In this document: piece by piece, positions 23,448 through 36,348 of the stretch
Numbering within the stretch: position 1 is the stretch's first letter
How the letters are laid out: every line of letters begins with the position of its first letter
Assembly: GCA_965287045.1 (NCBI GenBank)
Contig: CBDIYR020000020.1
Location: 496,001 to 560,000 of the forward strand
DNA length: 64,000 nucleotides
Direction: 5' to 3'
Origin: Carcharhinus amblyrhynchos
Taxonomy: Eukaryota
The notes under the pieces: generated by a model
The model's input: the letters and a program-made list of their open reading frames with translations, nothing else
Databases searched by the model: none
What the model was told of the DNA's origin: nothing
Translations under genes and position numbers: made by a program

Positions 23448-26400
23448 TGTGGTCATTGACCCTTAAGGGGACAATCTGCAGGTTAAGGGTCACATGACCC
23501 AGGGAACCAATTGGGAAGCAACATGGGGGAAATCACCCTGGTAAGCAAGGGCTTCTGTACTCGGAGTCATCTCGGGAGCAGACTACAGCCACAAGACTCT
23601 GAACAGTTTTAATATATAATAAAACAAGTCTGGTTTCCCTAAACTGGGGAACAAGCATCTTTATATTTAGCAACAAAGATATTTAAAAAGTCCTTGAGCA
23701 AGACTGGAAATTTCTGCCTGAGGTCAACCCATTGTCCACCCCAATTCTGTAGTGGGTGAGGCAGTAGAATTCAGGTGAATATATAGAATGCTTTTTTGGG
23801 TATTACTTCCAAGTGAATGAAATGGGGGAAGAGGCAAAGTGCAAGACAATTGTCCTGACTGTGTATGGAACTCAAACTTATGATCTAAATTGCAATCTCA
23901 CAGCCTCATACGTGACCAACTCCCAATCATTCAATAAGTTTGTGGAATTGTTGAAGTCACAATTCCAGCCTAAACCAGTCATACTCAACTGACTCACGTT
24001 TAATCCAAGGAGAGAGCCCCATGTGAAACTAGCAGAGACATCACAGGCAATAAAAAGTGCTTAAAAAGGTGCACAGGAGTTAGCACACATAAAATGGCAC
24101 AGTTCACCAGCTAGGGTGGGAACCTGTTGTCAGCAGTGGCAACAAAATTGAAGTAGCCGCCACGAGGCAGAAAACAAGTTCAGTCACAAATAAGACGATT
24201 TAGAAGAGGCAATCAGCAAAATTTGAAGTGGAATGTTACCGATGTGAAGGTAACCACTCCCCTGAATCCTGCAGGTATAAGGATACTTTTTTTTGTCATA
24301 GGAGGGGCATAGGTGCTGAGTCAAATTAAGTCTACTGAGTAGCCTATTAACTAACGCATCACCAGTATACAATGAGTCTAGGACCAATTATTTAAATATT
24401 CATTCACTGTTTAAAAATAAAAATTAGGGGCAAGATAGCCCCTAATGCGGTTATGCTCCAGGTAAATGGGAAGCCTCTTAAGGTGAATGCTGATACAGGG
24501 GCATCAGGTAATGTAATAAATGAGAATACATATTGGTAATTGAGAAAAGGAGTCCAAAGATGTGTAGTTTGGTGGATTAGCCAGGATTATGGGAATAGGG
24601 TGGAGGGTGGGATACTCTTTTAGAGAGTCAGCGCAGACTTGATGGGCCAGAAGGTAGCTTTCTGCACTTTATGGATTCTATGGTTGTAACCATTGAATAT
24701 GAAGAGTACCATGACCAAGTTAACAACTTATACTGAAGAAGTGATAAAAAATATTGGGGACCAGAATTGGACCTGTAAGTCAAGAGCAACAGTCTGCCCA
24801 ACTCCCAGTGATCATAATGACAGGTAATGACCAAGCTACTCAGCCATACTTGTCTTAAGAAAATCAAGTTAAATTGGGTCGTGATTTTCCAAGTGTAGGA
24901 AGGAGCACTACCCAAACTGAAGAGGAAATATGAAACAGTCTTCAAGGATGAATTAGGCAAAATAAAAGGCATACAAGGTTAGAGGTATGTGGACCCAGAG
25001 GTGACCCCGTGATTCTTTTGGGCGAGACCAATACCAGGTGCTTTTGCGAGCTGAAGTAGAGACCGAATTAAAGCAATTGGAAGAACTGGACATTATCCAA
25101 ACAGTTCAGTTACCAGAAAGGGCAGCACCTATAGTTTGCGTCTTGAAATCCAACAAGACCATCCGCATTTATGATGATTACAAGTTAATAGTTAATCGGA
25201 CTGCCAATCTGGATAAATATTCAATCCCAAAGGCGGAATACCTGTATGCCAAGTTGGAGGTCAATCTTATACAAAGCTGGATACAAGTCATGCATATCAG
25301 CAACTCGAATTAAGCCAATGCTTCATGAGGTTGTCATGATAAACACACACATTTGTCCTAATATATGCACCTGTCTTTTGGCAGGTCTTTAGCACGTACA
25401 ATTTTTCAGAGGACAATGGAGGCTCTGCTGCAGGTGCTGCCACCAGTTGTGGTTTAGCTTGATGATGTCCTCATAACTGGATCAATAGAAACCGAGCATC
25501 TAGCAAATTTAGGAGATGCTGAAGAGATTTCAAGAGGTTGGAGTTTGTTTCAAGAGCAGTAATATATTTTTCAACTCACTGAGGTAACCTATTTAGGGTA
25601 TCACGTAGATTACACCCCACAGAAGAAAAGATGAAGGCCATAGAAAAGGCACCGGACCCCAAAAAACACATCTAAGCGCAAGTCATTTTTGAAAATGGTA
25701 AATTATCAGCATTTTTAAAATCCAAACTTGTCAACGTAATTGGCCCCCTTGCATATTCTGCTAAAGAAACATGGCGTCAGTCTTGGAAGACTCCCCTGAA
25801 AAAAAGCTTTCCACAGAGCAGAACAATTGCTGCATTCTTTCAACTTGTTAGTACATTTTGACCTGTCTAAAGGAACTGGTGTTGACCTGCGCTGACTCAC
25901 CATATGGCATTGGTGCAGTGTTGTCCATGAGATAGATGATGGATCTGAACGGTCATTAGGCTATGTCTCAAGAACCCTCGCAGGGGCCAAAAAAAGGCTA
26001 CTCTCAAATTGAGAAAGAAGAATTATCAATAATTTTTGGTGTCGTGAAATTCCACCTGTACTTATCTGGTAGGGATTTTATCACTTCTGACCACAAACCG
26101 CTCCTGGATCTTTTTTAAAGAAGACTAGGCTATCCACCAATTGTACTGGCAAGGATTCAATGTTGCACGATAGTTTTGTCCACCCACAAACATACAGACG
26201 GCATCCACCTCTGTCCAAAGTGAGATACAAATTACTTACAAGTTGCATCAATGAGCTAGTTTCTGAAGAAATGGAAACATTTACTACCCAAAAGAATGAA
26301 ATGATTTGCCAGGATGGCATCATACTCTGGGAAGTGACAGTATGTCTTTGTATCAGGCACAGAGCTGCTTCTGATGGAATTACAGAGTGCTTACTTGGAC

Positions 26401-27408
26401 ACCTCAAAGATGACGACGCTTGCCAGAAGTTGTGTGTGTTGGCCGGGCATTGATTTCGATATCAAGAGCCTAGTCAAGCCTAGTCTGTGAACAATGCCAA
26501 TTGCAACAAAGATTACCTGCTGAAACGCCACTGTATTCTTGGGAATGACCTGTTCGATCGTGAGTACGAGTTCATATTAATTATGTTGGTCCATTCGTGG
26601 GCAAAGTGTTTTTGTCCACTCTAAGCTCATGCACACTCTAAGTGGATTGATGTTTTTGAGGTGAACTCTCCTACATCACACATTACCATTGAAAGGTTAC
26701 ACTATAGTTTTTCCACCCACTGAATACCTGAAGTCAGTATTCACAAGTGCTCAGTTTCAAAACTTCACCACACTCAATAGTATAAAGCTCATTAGAATGC
26801 GCCTTACCATCCAGCATCCAACAGATGACAGCTAGTGGTGGGAGCCGTTCAACTATTTTGGATTGTCCGAAAACACAAGGCCATTTGAGAAAAGGAGCGA
26901 TGCCCTAGCAGCCAGTTTTGCCATCAGGAACTATGTTACCATCAGGAAATGTTGCCAACTGTTTTAGAACTGAAGTACTTGATTCTCCTGTGGCAGGCAT
27001 CATTGACATCTCCAAGGAAACAGATAGACTGAATTGCCTGTGCCCGTAGAGGCACCTGTCACTGTGGTTTCAGCTGACAGCAATCCTCATGGAGGAATTA
27101 CCCACTCCATAAGGATTTGGAAACACCCTGAAATGGTTCGTGTACTAAATATTTGATTATCTTGGACTGTGTAAATTGATTATTGACATTTGTAGGAGAG
27201 GGATATGGCGATTGTTCCTTTAAGGGTCAATTGCAGAATAAGGGTCACATGATCCAGGGTGGGGGGAATCACTCTGAAAAACACCAGATTCTGTACTCCG
27301 TCATCTTGGAAGCTGATTGCAGCCATGAGGCTACAAGCCTCTGCATAGTTTTTACCTGTAAATAAACTAGTTGAGTTTTCCCCAAACTGGTGAATGAACA
27401 TCTTTACA
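23448..27408 (+). mobile_element. Decayed Gypsy (Ty3) LTR retrotransposon
   Basis: LTRs 23448-23665 and 27204-27408 (shared taagggtcacatga, ttctgtactc, cc.aaactgg, catcttta); PBS-like ttagcaacaaagat; PPT aggagagggа-like purine tract at 27194-27203; protease ADTGAS (~24490), RT V*LDD (~25455), RNase H YSQIEKE and SDHKPL, integrase WPGID and YHPASN; many stops and frameshifts. Confidence 0.92.
24553..24686 (+). mobile_element. HE1-like SINE 3' fragment inserted in the Gypsy protease region
   Basis: tccaaagatgtg..gtggattagcca..cagacttgatgggcc..ctgcact..ggattctatg. Confidence 0.8.
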
Positions 27409-28659
27409 GAATGAAAAGGAAATAGTACAAGACAACAACATAGCAGCAATTTTACACAGTTGTTTAAGGAGCCAAACTTGATTACACTTTATTCAACTAA
27501 GCACTGATCTGTTGAATTTTATCAAACTCAATTTTTGAAAAGGTTTTTTGAGGAAGCCTCACAATTAAGGCTTATAGGCAGTTGCTATCAAATTCTATTA
27601 AGGTGGTTACACTTTTGCAGAATGACATTAGGTTATTAACATTGACTTTGTTTTATATAGCTTGAATATTCAAATGTTGGATTTGAATAATTGTTACTGT
27701 TCCAAACAGACACACATCTAAAGCTTTGAAGCTTTAGTCTTAGTATGTTCAAAAATTCCCAAAAAGGTTTGTTCCAGCCTGCTTGTTAAAAGCTTTGATT
27801 ATTTGCTACACTGATTGAAGAAACAAATTAGTGGGTGATGTTTTCACTTTAGTGCTTATAAAACATGTAACATTTCATATCACTAATATTCAAATAGCAA
27901 ATTTTAGGACTTTTACAGCATTAAACTGTGCATGCAAACAACAATGAAGAGATACAAACAAAATATAAAAGACGTTTCTGTATATGTAATAGGCAGGGTA
28001 TAGATAAAAGTGGTCTGTAGGTTCACTGGCCTATCACCAGACTGATTACAGCACAAAAATCTGGAGCTAGCTTTAACATGGAGGCAGAGGCTCTGGTGTC
28101 TGCTTAAAAGTCAGGTTGAGCCTGCCTTGTGTGCCAGGTAGCCTCGAGTGCTTTGACATCAGTCTGGCATTAATTTGTTCAGGACAGGTTTTCCTGTTCC
28201 ATCTGGGAAGATGTCCTGCATCCTTGAACAACTGTCTTTAGCAGTGCCACCAGAGATTGATTAGAACATGGGGGGGTGGGGGGTTCACCAAACCTAATTT
28301 GGCAAGCTCTAGTGAGGAGGCAGTGGGTGGGGAGTGGATGGAAAAACTGGGTTCAGAGGGTGGGGTGTAATAGCTTATAGTGCCTGAACAGGCACTCCCC
28401 CTCATAAAATATCAATGGAGGCAGGTAAGTGACGGCACAACGCTGCTGCCATGGCACTCATGGGGTGTTGTAAAGTTCCACCCCTATAAAAAGGAATAGG
28501 GCATTCAGAACCTTAAGCCTGTGACACCATGTAATTAGATCATCACTTCTCTTCCTTGATACAATTGGAGCAGAACTTGGACAATTTGCATCAGTGGGAT
28601 ACTTGCTGAGAATCTGCTTATGTTAATATTGTGTACAAGTACAGTCTGCTCTAATTAAG

Positions 28660-29030
28660 ACTGTTCACATCACTCAGTAGGCACGTAAGACCCCAAATGT
28701 GATCCCAGGTTTTTACCAAGTTCACTGATGTACAGCAATGGAGGAACTACAATTAGCCTCAGGTGTTCGTGGGTAGGAAAGTGAACACAAGCCATAGTTT
28801 GTACTTCTGGTTGCTAGGTAGTGACTCTGATTTGGTATGTATGAGAGTGTGTGTAGCAAATAGGAAACTGGACACAGCTGGATTAAACTTGGCTATGATG
28901 CCACCTGTGACCTGCTGATGTTGATGGTCTAGTTTCACACATCAAGAATGGTTCACTTGGGTGCAGATTGTAAATATTAACCATAACAGCATACCCAAAT
29001 AAGAAATTATACCCTCAGAGAGGAAGAAGA
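28660..29030 (+). mobile_element. LF-SINE-like element, near full length and degraded
   Basis: Collinear motifs actacaattagcctcag, tagtgactctg, cttggctatgatgcc, cctgctga, gtctagtttcacacatcaagaatggttcacttggg, cagagagga. Confidence 0.7.
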
Positions 29031-30374
29031 TTTTAAAATGTTTAAACAATTGTTCACTAGATCCATCACCAATCTAATCTGGTGGTGCTAGATTTTTTAA
29101 TTCACATTTTAAACAAATAATTTGCATCCCTATTGTACCTCCTCCCAACTGCAGCTGGAGAAGCTATTGAGGCATTTCCTGTGTTTGCCATTTTTTTAAA
29201 TACATTCTTGGCATGCTAAAGGGATGGACTGTAAAATGATCCTGGCTACCAGCCAAAGCTCTGCTTAGATGAATAAAGGCCTGCAGACTTCAGAGACAAT
29301 GTGTAACGCAACCTTATATCACTGTGGTTTCAGCTCCACCACTGTCATTAAAATGGATCAAAGCAAGCTAACTTAATACAATTTTTTGTAACTATGGGGT
29401 CAATGCATTCAAATTATTTGCAGTGAGTATACCTGTCTCACTGAGTTCATCAAAAACATTAATATTGATTGAGGCTGAAGCCATCATGTCTTTTTTTAAA
29501 CAGATTTACAGTAAAACATTATGAAAGATGCAATCCTATGATACTAATTACAAAACTTGATCTTAACTGTGGGCTGCTTGTATTCGTTCACTGGTCCAAC
29601 AAATAACTGACTTTGAGGGAGTATACTTCAGATTTTTTTACTTAAGTAGAGTTCTGCTATGTTAGCAGCAATAAAAGGAAGATACCAACACACATAGCAC
29701 TTTTAAAAATCTATGCGTCCTACAAACGGCCTTTGAACGACTATGAAAATGAATCTCAGTTAATTTCATAAAAATAAGGATCAGCTCTGTGATCAAATTT
29801 GGGGTGATAAACCTTTCCATAAATCAGGTTTTGTGTAGCTCAAAGCATTTTATAGTCTCTTAGCATAACATTTCTTAACCCAGGCTGACATGATATATTT
29901 TATCTCTGCCTAACAGGACCCGAAAGATGATCTTTCTTGTGAATTTTGCTACCATTTTTATTTCATCCTTCTGAAGAGTTTGGCAGGTTACATTGTCTCC
30001 TTTGAGTTTGCTTTTCCTTCTAGAAAAACAATTTTCACATTTATACTGATAATTATGCTCAAATGGCAGCCGTAGAATTCCTTTGAGGGTATTAATCACT
30101 CCTTATCTGTGAACTACTTTAGTCATTAAAGATTCAGTTGTATGTGCTTGGCACAGAGTGCCTAGTAACAGCTTAACACACTTTGTGTAAGTAGAATTCA
30201 GCAAATCATTCCACACAGTTATCTTGGCACAGTCACACCAACACCCTTAATCCAACAAGTTAGAATAGCAACATGTTAGGAATTCTTTTTGTTTGAACTG
30301 GTCAATTCTGAGTCAGTGTTGATAAAAGTGTGAACCGAGTGAAAAGCTGAAACAGATAATAAGTGAAAATGAAC

Positions 30375-30570
30375 AAAAAAAATACAGCTGTAAATCTGAA
30401 ACAAAAACAAAAGTACGTCAGTCAGCATTTGTGGAAAGAACAGACAAAACTATGGTTTGAGTATGAACACTGCCTGGTCTTGACAAAGGGTTAACGGACT
30501 TGAGATGCTGATTCATCTGCTCTATTGCCTCATGCTGCTTGATCTACTGAACGCTTCCAGAAATAAAAAT
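30375..30570. mobile_element. Fragment of the second Penelope-like family
   Basis: aaatacagctg.aaatctgaaacaaaaaca ... cttgacaaagggtt..gacttgagatg (degenerate hammerhead) ... tgctgcttgatctactga. Confidence 0.55.
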
Positions 30571-30575
30571 ACGTT

Positions 30576-30834
30576 GGGCAGGATTTTCCAACCCTTCCAA
30601 AGGCAACCCCCACGGCAAGACAGGCGAGCCACACAAGACACTGTAAACAAAGGTCTTTGCTTGTCAGGATCACTGACAAGACTTCCAGGAGGTGTCCCTT
30701 ATCGTCGACACTCAGTACCTGATTGAGGGACCTGGTATTGGGAAGTAGGGGTTAAGAGCTATCCCATTACTTTTGGTGCCAAACCCCTCCCTCCATCACC
30801 CTCCAGTGTCCTGGAACGTTTAAAAATCCTGGGC
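30576..30834. mobile_element. MITE-like element
   Basis: Ends gggcaggattttcc ... aaaaatcctgggcc; same terminal motif as 36067-36348. Confidence 0.5.
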
Positions 30835-31403
30835 CGCAGATTGATGCGTTACCAGCAGTATTCACCACTATGCTGGTTGCACAACCACACAATGCACAGA
30901 TGCCAATCTCTAATCCAGCCCTCACAGGTGAAAACTCATGCAGCAGGATTACAGTTTCTGAAATCTATCTAGTGAGGGTATTTGTGAAGTTACTATAAAG
31001 ATAGCGATTAAGGTTTTAGTTCAAAAGTAGAAAGATGGACCTATGAGTAGGCAATTGCTTTAGTAACTGTGTGACCTTTAATTTCAGTGAGGAGTTGGAA
31101 GGGCCTCAGACTGTAGATCACCTGAATAGGTGGTACGGTAGTGGGAGGGAGAGATAATAAAACATACATGTTGAGATATCTGGTTCGATAGCCTGCCATT
31201 ACATAATTCTTAGATTCTCTCCTAATGAAAAGGCATGAGATAAAAGTCCTACAGGATTCTAGGTGCTGTGGAACCTTGTCTCATCACAAGTGAGTGTTCT
31301 CAGGAGAGGAAGGGAGTAAAATGGGGATGAAAGAGAAAACAATTTTCAGAATGTCAGCTGTTTGCATTACACAGAATGGCTGGTATTTCAAGATGTGGCT
31401 CAA

Positions 31404-31994
31404 AAAGTTTATTTGTTAGTGTCACAAGTAAGCTTACATTAACTCTGCAAAGAAGTTACAGTTAAAATCCCCTAGTCGCCACAGTCTGGTATTTGTTCGG
31501 GTACAAAGGGAGAATTTAGCATGCCCAATGCAGCACTGTGGTTAGCACTGCTGCCTCACAGTGTCAGGGACCTGGGTTCAATTCCTGGCTTGGGTCACTG
31601 TGTGGGGGAGTTTGCACGTTCGCCTTGTGTGTGCATTGATTTTCTCCAGGTGCTCCAGTTTTCTCCCACAGTCCAAAAGATATGCTGGTTAGGTTAGGTG
31701 TATTGGCCATGCTAAATTCTCCTTCAGTGTACTCGAACAGGCATCAGAGTGTGGTGACGAGGAGATTTTCACAGTACCTTCATTGCACTGCTGATGAAAG
31801 ACTACTGTGACATTAATGAATAAACTTTAAATAATGCACCTAACCAGCACGTCTCTCAAACTGTGGGAGGAAACCAGAGCATCCGGAGGAAATTCATGCA
31901 GACACAAGGAGAACATGCAGACTCACAGACAGTGATCCAAGCCGGGAATCAAACCCAGGTCCTTGGTGCAGTGAAGCAGCAACCAACTTGCCAC
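31404..31994 (-). mobile_element. V-SINE (tail B) split by insertion of a second copy
   Basis: 3' half at 31404-31532 and 5' half at 31833-31994 rejoin across the duplicated aatgca. Confidence 0.88.
31533..31832 (+). mobile_element. V-SINE (tail B) nested in opposite orientation
   Basis: A and B boxes (gtggttagcac, ggttcaattcc), V-core, tail gaataaacttta; TSD aatgca at 31527-31532 and 31833-31838. Confidence 0.9.
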
Positions 31995-34299
31995 ATAAGA
32001 ACGTAAGAAACAGGAGCACCCACTAGTTCAGATCGATAGTGAAACTCCCACCTTTTGATTTAAAGTCTCACGTAAACTCACGTTACAATGGACCAGAAAA
32101 TCCAGAACTAAAAAAGTGAATAAAAAAATCACTTCTAAGAATGAGATATCTAACAGTTACCTGATATAGATGCTTTAAAGTACTTGTGTTAGTTACATTC
32201 AATTCATTTCTGAGTTCAATTATTTTAACTGCAGTATCTCTTTAATTTGCACTATCACCTGCCAATATACTACTTTCTGCATCCTTTATGCTTAAATAAG
32301 CCTTTATCTTGTCCTTGTACAATACCTGTTGGAGGCCGAGAAGACAGCAGAAGGAAAAAACAGAACATGCATTGATTCTAGCTTACGAAACAGGTGGTAG
32401 CCAGGTGGGACTGCGCAGTGGAAGCAACACCTTCCTACCCGACTACCCTCCCTTTCTACACGGCCTGCTTTACTGTCTTCTGCCCAGTGCCTGTTTGCTC
32501 AGAACATAGCCCAGTTGTAGGCATGCCATCTGTCTAATCAACAGACTGCACAATATGGCGACACAGCACCTTAATGGGTGTCATTTGTATGTCATTGCTA
32601 GAACATTTTGCTAAAATGCAGTCAGGTTATAATGAAATTTCAGTAGCAAAATGCTGCTGTTATTTTGAGTATGTTTTTCACAACATTACCGGCCTTGCTT
32701 CGTTCATTGTTTGAATTAATTGCTCTAAGACTTCAGTATAAAAGCAGACATATTATTTTTGTAGATGTAGATATCTAAATGCAGCTTTGGAGTGGCTCAT
32801 ACATTCCAATTAATCCACAAGTATGACAGACAATTTCTGATTACTGCAGATTTGCTTCCTGAATGGAGTATTTTATTCCAATTGGAATTAACAGGCAAAA
32901 CCTCACCAAAATTGGTAAAACTGGTGAGAACACCAGCGTGTTTCTCTTCAGATCTCACGACACTGCCAAAAGATAATCAAGGGGGCGTGAATCACACCAT
33001 CAGACAGGAGGGCAAGGCCTAAGGTCGTGAGCAAAACCCAGCTACAGGAGAGATTGGGATGTCATCTTTAAAAGGTGCCCCAGAGGAGCAATAAATCACA
33101 CCCCCCCTCCCCACGGTCTCAGGCTTCCTCCCAACTGCTGCCCCTCCCACCCCCAGATCAGAGCCAGCATACCACCACCCCCTCCCACAATCATCAACCC
33201 CTTCTTTCTCCCTCACCCGAAATTATGATAGGAATCCACTTCTGGAGACTTGAAAAGTGCAGTAACAGTTGTGTAGTTTTTTTTAAACACAAGATATCCT
33301 GAATTTCAAGGACACCTAAGAATCTGTAGCACGAGTCTATTTTATTGACCAACCTAAAAAGCAACATTTTTAATCTTTTGGATTTTCAACAACATTCGTA
33401 TTTCCTGTATATTTTGAAACAAGTCTGTGTGGTACTTTAGTCTACTGTGTTTCAGTTCTGTTGCTGCTTTATCAAGTTCACACGACCACGCCCTCCCTCC
33501 CACAACACCTCACCCCCTAACTCCTGTACTAAGCCTTACTTGCGCATAGATGAATATCTTCTGTGAACAATTATTCTAATTGCAAAAGGAGGCTTCTGAA
33601 AATGCAACTTATGGGAGTAAACTACAGTAGACATAAACAATGATAAGGGACTGGAATAACAAGTTTTAATTACAGATGCTTTTACATTACTCTTTTTTTC
33701 CCTTGTAGTTTCATTACCCTAGGGCAAAGGCACTTCATCCATGCAAATATCAAGCAATGGCAACCCTGTACTGAGTCTACACTACAGGCATCCAGTTTTT
33801 AAATTCCTCTGTTCTATTTCCAGGCAAGGTCACATAGAAAGGGCATGGAAACCAGCCAATAGTTTAGAGATAGAGGCACTGGTGAAGAACTCGTAATAAG
33901 TTTCAGCAGTCTAGCCAGCAGGCTAGAGGCCCAGACTGCAGCAATCCTATCTTCTGAACTACACCCTCTTTTCCTGATTTCAAGTACAACCAGCAGCATA
34001 ACTGCAGCTGCAGCCTGGGGTTTTGGTCTCAGAAGCTCGTACAACTCCCAGAATTTTATACCTTAGAAAAATGCAATGCACTATTGTATTTTAATCTGGA
34101 TGTACATTTTCACTATAAATATAGCACTGGTCAAATTCCATTATTTCTACAATAATAATTATTTACCCTAATTTTAGGGGTGGGCCTAGAATAAGGTAAT
34201 TGGGAGAGTTACCCGGTTTTGGACACAAATATACAACAAAAAAATTATTTAAGTAACATTGTGTAAGAAGTAAAAATAAATCTTGTAATATCCTTCTAC

Positions 34300-34587
34300 T
34301 AGAATACCTACACTGCAAGGGGAGGCCAGTCGGCCCATCAAGTATGCACCGACAATCCCAAGGAGGCCCTATCCCTGTAACCCCACTAATCCCTGACATC
34401 CCCCCAACAGTAAGGAGCAATTTAGCATGGCCAATCAACTTAACCCACACATTTTTGGACTGCGGGAGGAAACTGGAGCACCCAGAGAAAACCCACACAG
34501 ACAAGGGGAAAATGTGCAGACTTCACACAGGAATCGAGGCTGGGTCCCTGGCGCTGTGAGGCAGCAGCCCTTACCACTGTGCCACCC
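34300..34587 (-). mobile_element. HE1-like SINE with HER1/CR1-type tail
   Basis: rc contains tRNA head, V-core and cttgatgggccgactggcctcc..gcagtgtaggtattcta tail. Confidence 0.88.
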
Positions 34588-34884
34588 TGGTCAGCATGTG
34601 ATTTTACTTTTCTCTATTTGTATCGACAGATGATGCCTGAAATAGCCTACACTTGGGAACAAACTCAAAAAGCACATAGGAGCTTCAATCCCTGACTTAT
34701 TACCATACTTTTCCACCAAAGACACATCTTGCAAAACATTAAATATCAAGAAAGAATTAAAGACAGTTGCACAATTTATTTAAAGCTACTAATCCACTTG
34801 GGCTTCAATCGTGCAGTTCATGAGCCTTTTTTTTACCTCTACTCGGAATCCATTCTTTCTCCTAGAAAAAGGACAAAAAACTGA

Positions 34885-35050
34885 ATACCAGATTGAAAGT
34901 AAACAGAAGGTGCTGGGAGTACAAAGCAGGTCTGTTAGCATCTGGAGAGGGAAAAACGACAGGCGAACATTTCAAGTGATCGAATCTCAATGTAGTTCCA
35001 GCATTTTCAGTTTTTGCTCTTTCTTCTTTGTAATCAGCATATATGTTAGC
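34885..35050. mobile_element. Fragment of the second Penelope-like family
   Basis: aaacagaaggtgctgg..agcaggtctgttagcatctggagag ... ttccagcattttcagttttt. Confidence 0.55.
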
Positions 35051-36066
35051 ATTTTATTTTAATTGCTGTGCTATTAATAAACTGTGATTAGTAGATTTGA
35101 TTTCTGAAAGGCTTATTTTGGGATTCTGTTACCCTGAAGTCAGGCACCCCTTTTCTTTCTAATCTCCTCTCTTATGGATCCTCCCCAGGCAACGTGCTTT
35201 TGAGGATGAGGAAGCCGAGCAAGTGAAATGGAGCAATCCAGTGCAGATAACTTCCAATTTTCCTTCCATAATGAGCGAATAGAGAATCTTTGCAAAGAAG
35301 AGCAAATCTTGCCTGCTCCGCAAAACAGCAAAGCTCAAAATTATCAGCAATTTTTTTCATTCTCATTTTTCTAAAAGGGATCAGGGTTCAGATTTATATT
35401 AGTAATGACACAGATTTCCTCTGTAGGCCCAAAACAGCAAATCTTGCTACAACAAAGCTGTCATTAAAGACAGCTTTTGCCAAACACATTGATCTACTTT
35501 CACTGCACCATCTGCTTGCTCTTAGTTCAACATTTTTTTTAAATACACATGGTTGCAGGGGATATCACCTTCCTTATTATTGGTTTCTTGTCAATTCAAC
35601 TGATTTACTTTGAATTTCGTATACTAAATTAGGATCATGCAAAACCTTTTAAAAGTTGCTCACTTTAAGCCAACACAGAATTTGCTAGATTCCACTCAGT
35701 CAACCAAAGGGTTCTTTGTACTTCAAATGGCTTTTAATCAGACCTAATGCATTCTCATGGCACAGGCTGATCAGAGCATGAATGTAATTGACGAACAGGC
35801 CTGGGAACAGGGAGGGATGTCGTCATGGTGATGGTGGCTGAATGACGGCCATGCAACACCTTTATCTAGATTGCACATGCAGAAAGTAACATTATGCTAT
35901 CAACACTCAGCTCAGATTAGGTCAAAGAATCCTAACAGGACCCAATGGGACGACTTCTATTTGCACCCACTGATACAAGGCTTCCAGTAGACTTACTGTG
36001 ATACTATCAACTTAGTTTTACCATGTTTTACATTAGTATGCACTGAACCTCTGCTTGTTGAGGTCT

Positions 36067-36348
36067 GGGCAGGATTTTTAGTCCCCGGGGTTGTGAATAA
36101 AGGTGGTGGAAGTAGAAGATTTTGTGCCACTGGACTCATGTCCTTTGCCTGGCTCCATCACACTCCCATGCCATTTTCCCAAAGATGGGATTAGGGGGTG
36201 CTGGCCACATGGTTCCTGCTCACATGTAGAAGGTAGCCAACTGAAGTTATTATTAAAAGCCGATTGACTGGGGAAAATTGCTGTTGCTCACAGTGTGGAC
36301 TTTTGAGCCTCATGGCAGGGTAAAGAAGCCCATAGGAAAATCTTGCCC
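36067..36348. mobile_element. MITE, probably PIF/Harbinger-derived
   Basis: TIRs gggcaggattttt / gaaaatcttgccc; no coding capacity. Confidence 0.65.
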
